A stretch of DNA of 64,000 bases, from positions 12,028,001 through 12,092,000 of the forward strand of contig NC_086097.1 of the NCBI RefSeq assembly GCF_963921235.1, read 5' to 3'. The stretch comes from Mobula hypostoma. Taxonomy: Eukaryota. This document shows, in pieces, positions 61,646 through 64,000 of this stretch (position 1 is its first letter; the number at the start of each line of letters is the position of its first letter). The notes under the pieces are model-generated. The model searched no databases. It saw only the letters and a program-made list of their open reading frames with translations, and was not told where the DNA came from. Position numbers and translations under genes: made by a program.

Positions 61646-63307
61646 GATCTCTTCAAAGTTCAAAGTGCATTTATTTATTGAAGTACGTATACAGTACACA
61701 ACACTGAAATTTGTCTTCCCCGCAGACAATCACAATAAAGCAGAATCATGGAACCAACCCACCCAAAGACAAACAACAAACATTAAAACCCCCTCCCTGC
61801 ACAAAATAAATGTGCAAATAGCAACAAAAAAAGATTGAAAACACAGAATGGCATATTCCATTCAGCTCAGAGTCCATTATCTGAAGGCCACCCCCATTCA
61901 AAAATCACCCTCAAATAATAACAAAAAAGAGTGACCAAAACGAGAACACATTATAAACCCGAGAGTCCAAATCTACATCTGTGTCAGTTACATTGTGTTC
62001 TGGCCCCATTTGTCGACAGCGTTGAGGGTGAGAGACATTACTCAAAATCAAGGACCTTCTGTAGGGAGCACCGAGCGCGAGGCCATCACACCCAAACACC
62101 GTCTCCGTCAGCAGCAAAGGAGAGGCCGGTAGATGGTGCTGAACACTCGCTTGCCCCTGCATCGGCCTCGATAATTTACAGACATAGATCAAGTCTTGGT
62201 GAATAACATTGTAAGGATAGAAACTTAACGGTCGGTCAGCATTGACATAGAGAGGCAAAGGGTCTGTATAGCTGACAACAAGATGTATAGATGAAAACAA
62301 GATGGTGTACTATTCCCCTAGAGTGCAGGAGCAAAGAACTCATGGTGAGCCTTTATTATGCATTTTTTTCTATCACCCTTGGAGAACTGTATCCAGTACT
62401 AAGAACCAAAGTTTAGAAATAAATGAATATTTTAGAGCGGGTGCTGTAGAGAGTTATTAGAATGACTTCACTGTGTTTCTTTGCAGTTACTGTGAATGCC
62501 CACAAGTAAATGAATCTCAAGGTTGTATATGGTGATATAGATGTACTTTGATATTAAACGTACTTTGAACTTTTAACTTTAGAGTTATATTTCGAATTCT
62601 GGTACTGCTTTTCATTTTGTACTATGTCGATGTACTTATGCTTGGAATGATCTGATTGGATTGTTCGCATAAACATATCTTTTCACTTTATGTCAGTTCA
62701 TGTGATAATAATACACCAATTACCAACTACTAGATCTTAAAGTACACCCAATAAATAAAATAACTTTTCCCAACACCTCACATGTTTTATCCTTTAGCAT
62801 ATTTTCTTTCCATGTTAAACATTTAGTGCTTAATTTATTATGTTTATTATGTGTCTTCAACTTACAGCTGCTTCAACGATGACTGTTGGAACTGAGGAAA
62901 ACTGAACCTCATGGAAGCATTAAATGGGAAATGTAAAAGGTTTTTATTTTCAGCAAACTTTCAGATGAGCAAGAGTCCAAGAAAATCACACAACCTAGTC
63001 ACAATGTTTTATACTTCAACACAAAGATAAAATAAATGATTAGCTAGTTTTGTTTGCTATAGTCTCCTATTTAATTTTAACATTTGGAAAAGAAGTAATT
63101 TTATAAAAGTGCATATTTGCAATGGTAGCAATGAACTTCTTTTGCACAAAGACTGAATGCCAATTATTCATTGACTCCTTCACCAAAACTTATGAGAGGA
63201 TGAGATTTAACATCTGGGGAGCAGAAGTTCTTGATGCAAAGCACACACAAAATGCTGGATCAAAAGATCATAAGGACCATAAGACATAGATCTGATGGTC
63301 TTTCATA

Positions 63308-64000
63308 ACAAGAGGAACTCGGCAAATCAGGAAATAAACAGGCCAAGACTCCGGAGGCCCAGTCACCAGCGGGAGGAGAGCACTTTGGGGTGGTTACTCG
63401 CAGGTTGGCAAAACTTGTAGAAAAGGAGAGTTTCGCGGGCATTCAAACGTTCCAGAGGACCAATCAGCAGCGGGAGCAGAACACTGCAAATTAAATAGGA
63501 ATACAGGATGGACAAGCGGGGTGGTCATGGTTGGGAGTAGGCCAGTGGTGGGAGTAGGAGCGTCAGGCTTTGTCTCAAGAGGCTTCGGTGAGAAGAAGCT
63601 GAGGCCAAAGAAACAGGTTAGAAGATTTGGCCTTGGTTACCCATTGTACAATGCAGGCAAGACGGCAGATATGGCAGTGGAATGCTCCTCATGTGGGAAT
63701 TCCTGGAACCTGATAGTCTTCCTGATGACCACACCTGCAGGAAGTGCAGCCAGCTCCAGCTCATGAAAGACCACATTAGGGAGCTGGAGCTGGAGCTGGA
63801 TGAACTTAGGATCATCAGGGAGGCAGAGCAATCGCTAGATATGACCTTTGAGCAGATGGTTACACCCAGAGTTCAGAATTTGGGGAGTAGATGAGTGAAC
63901 ACCAAGAAAGATAAAAGGAGAAGGAAGTCAGTGCAGGGTCCCCCTATAGCTATTCCCCTCAGCTACACCTATACCCCTTTGGATACTGCTGTGGGGGATG
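63308..64000 (+). mobile_element. CR1 5' end (5'UTR and ORF1 start), continuing beyond the window
   Basis: GC-richer leader followed by the ORF1 relic; 5' boundary approximate. Confidence 0.75.
63671..63894 (+). pseudogene. CR1 ORF1 N-terminus (zinc finger and leucine zipper), frameshifted
   Basis: MAVECSS / MWE...PDDHTCRKCSQLQLMKDHIRELELELDELRIIREAE. Confidence 0.8.

Noticed and set aside
1..64000. ORF-track entries as host genes
   Set aside because: Those I can assign are CR1, Rex1, PLE or Tc1 fragments or antisense frames; the rest are short and unrecognised, with no coherent exon chain

Overview
Eukaryotic, AT-rich, repeat-dominated vertebrate DNA. The repeat complement points to an elasmobranch, probably a ray (inference): CR1 LINEs with (ATAGAAC)n/(CATAAGAC)-type tails, HE1/V-SINE-like SINEs, Rex1/Babar remnants, Deu-domain SINE relics, Tc1 and hAT MITEs. 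I recognise no host protein-coding gene, rRNA, tRNA or prokaryotic system. The ORFs I can assign are decayed retrotransposon or transposase fragments, or their antisense frames, so the window reads as intergenic or intronic. The most interesting signal is a Penelope-like element (PLE) family whose terminal repeat carries a minimal type I hammerhead ribozyme motif (cagtc-CTGAYGA-a-stemII-GAAA-cg-tH-gactg). It is present in more than 15 copies. Two of them are about 135 bp long, flanked by target-site duplications (TSDs), and begin at the hammerhead, suggesting a tiny retrozyme-like mobile unit. Other notable observations are a composite MITE built from two palindromic Tc1 mini-elements carrying a captured LINE tail, two independent insertions of one SINE at or beside the TATA motif of two solo LTRs, and a few TE-free unique blocks with candidate enhancers or micro-exons. 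Family names were assigned by eye from remembered consensus features, not by database search. Boundaries without a stated TSD are approximate.
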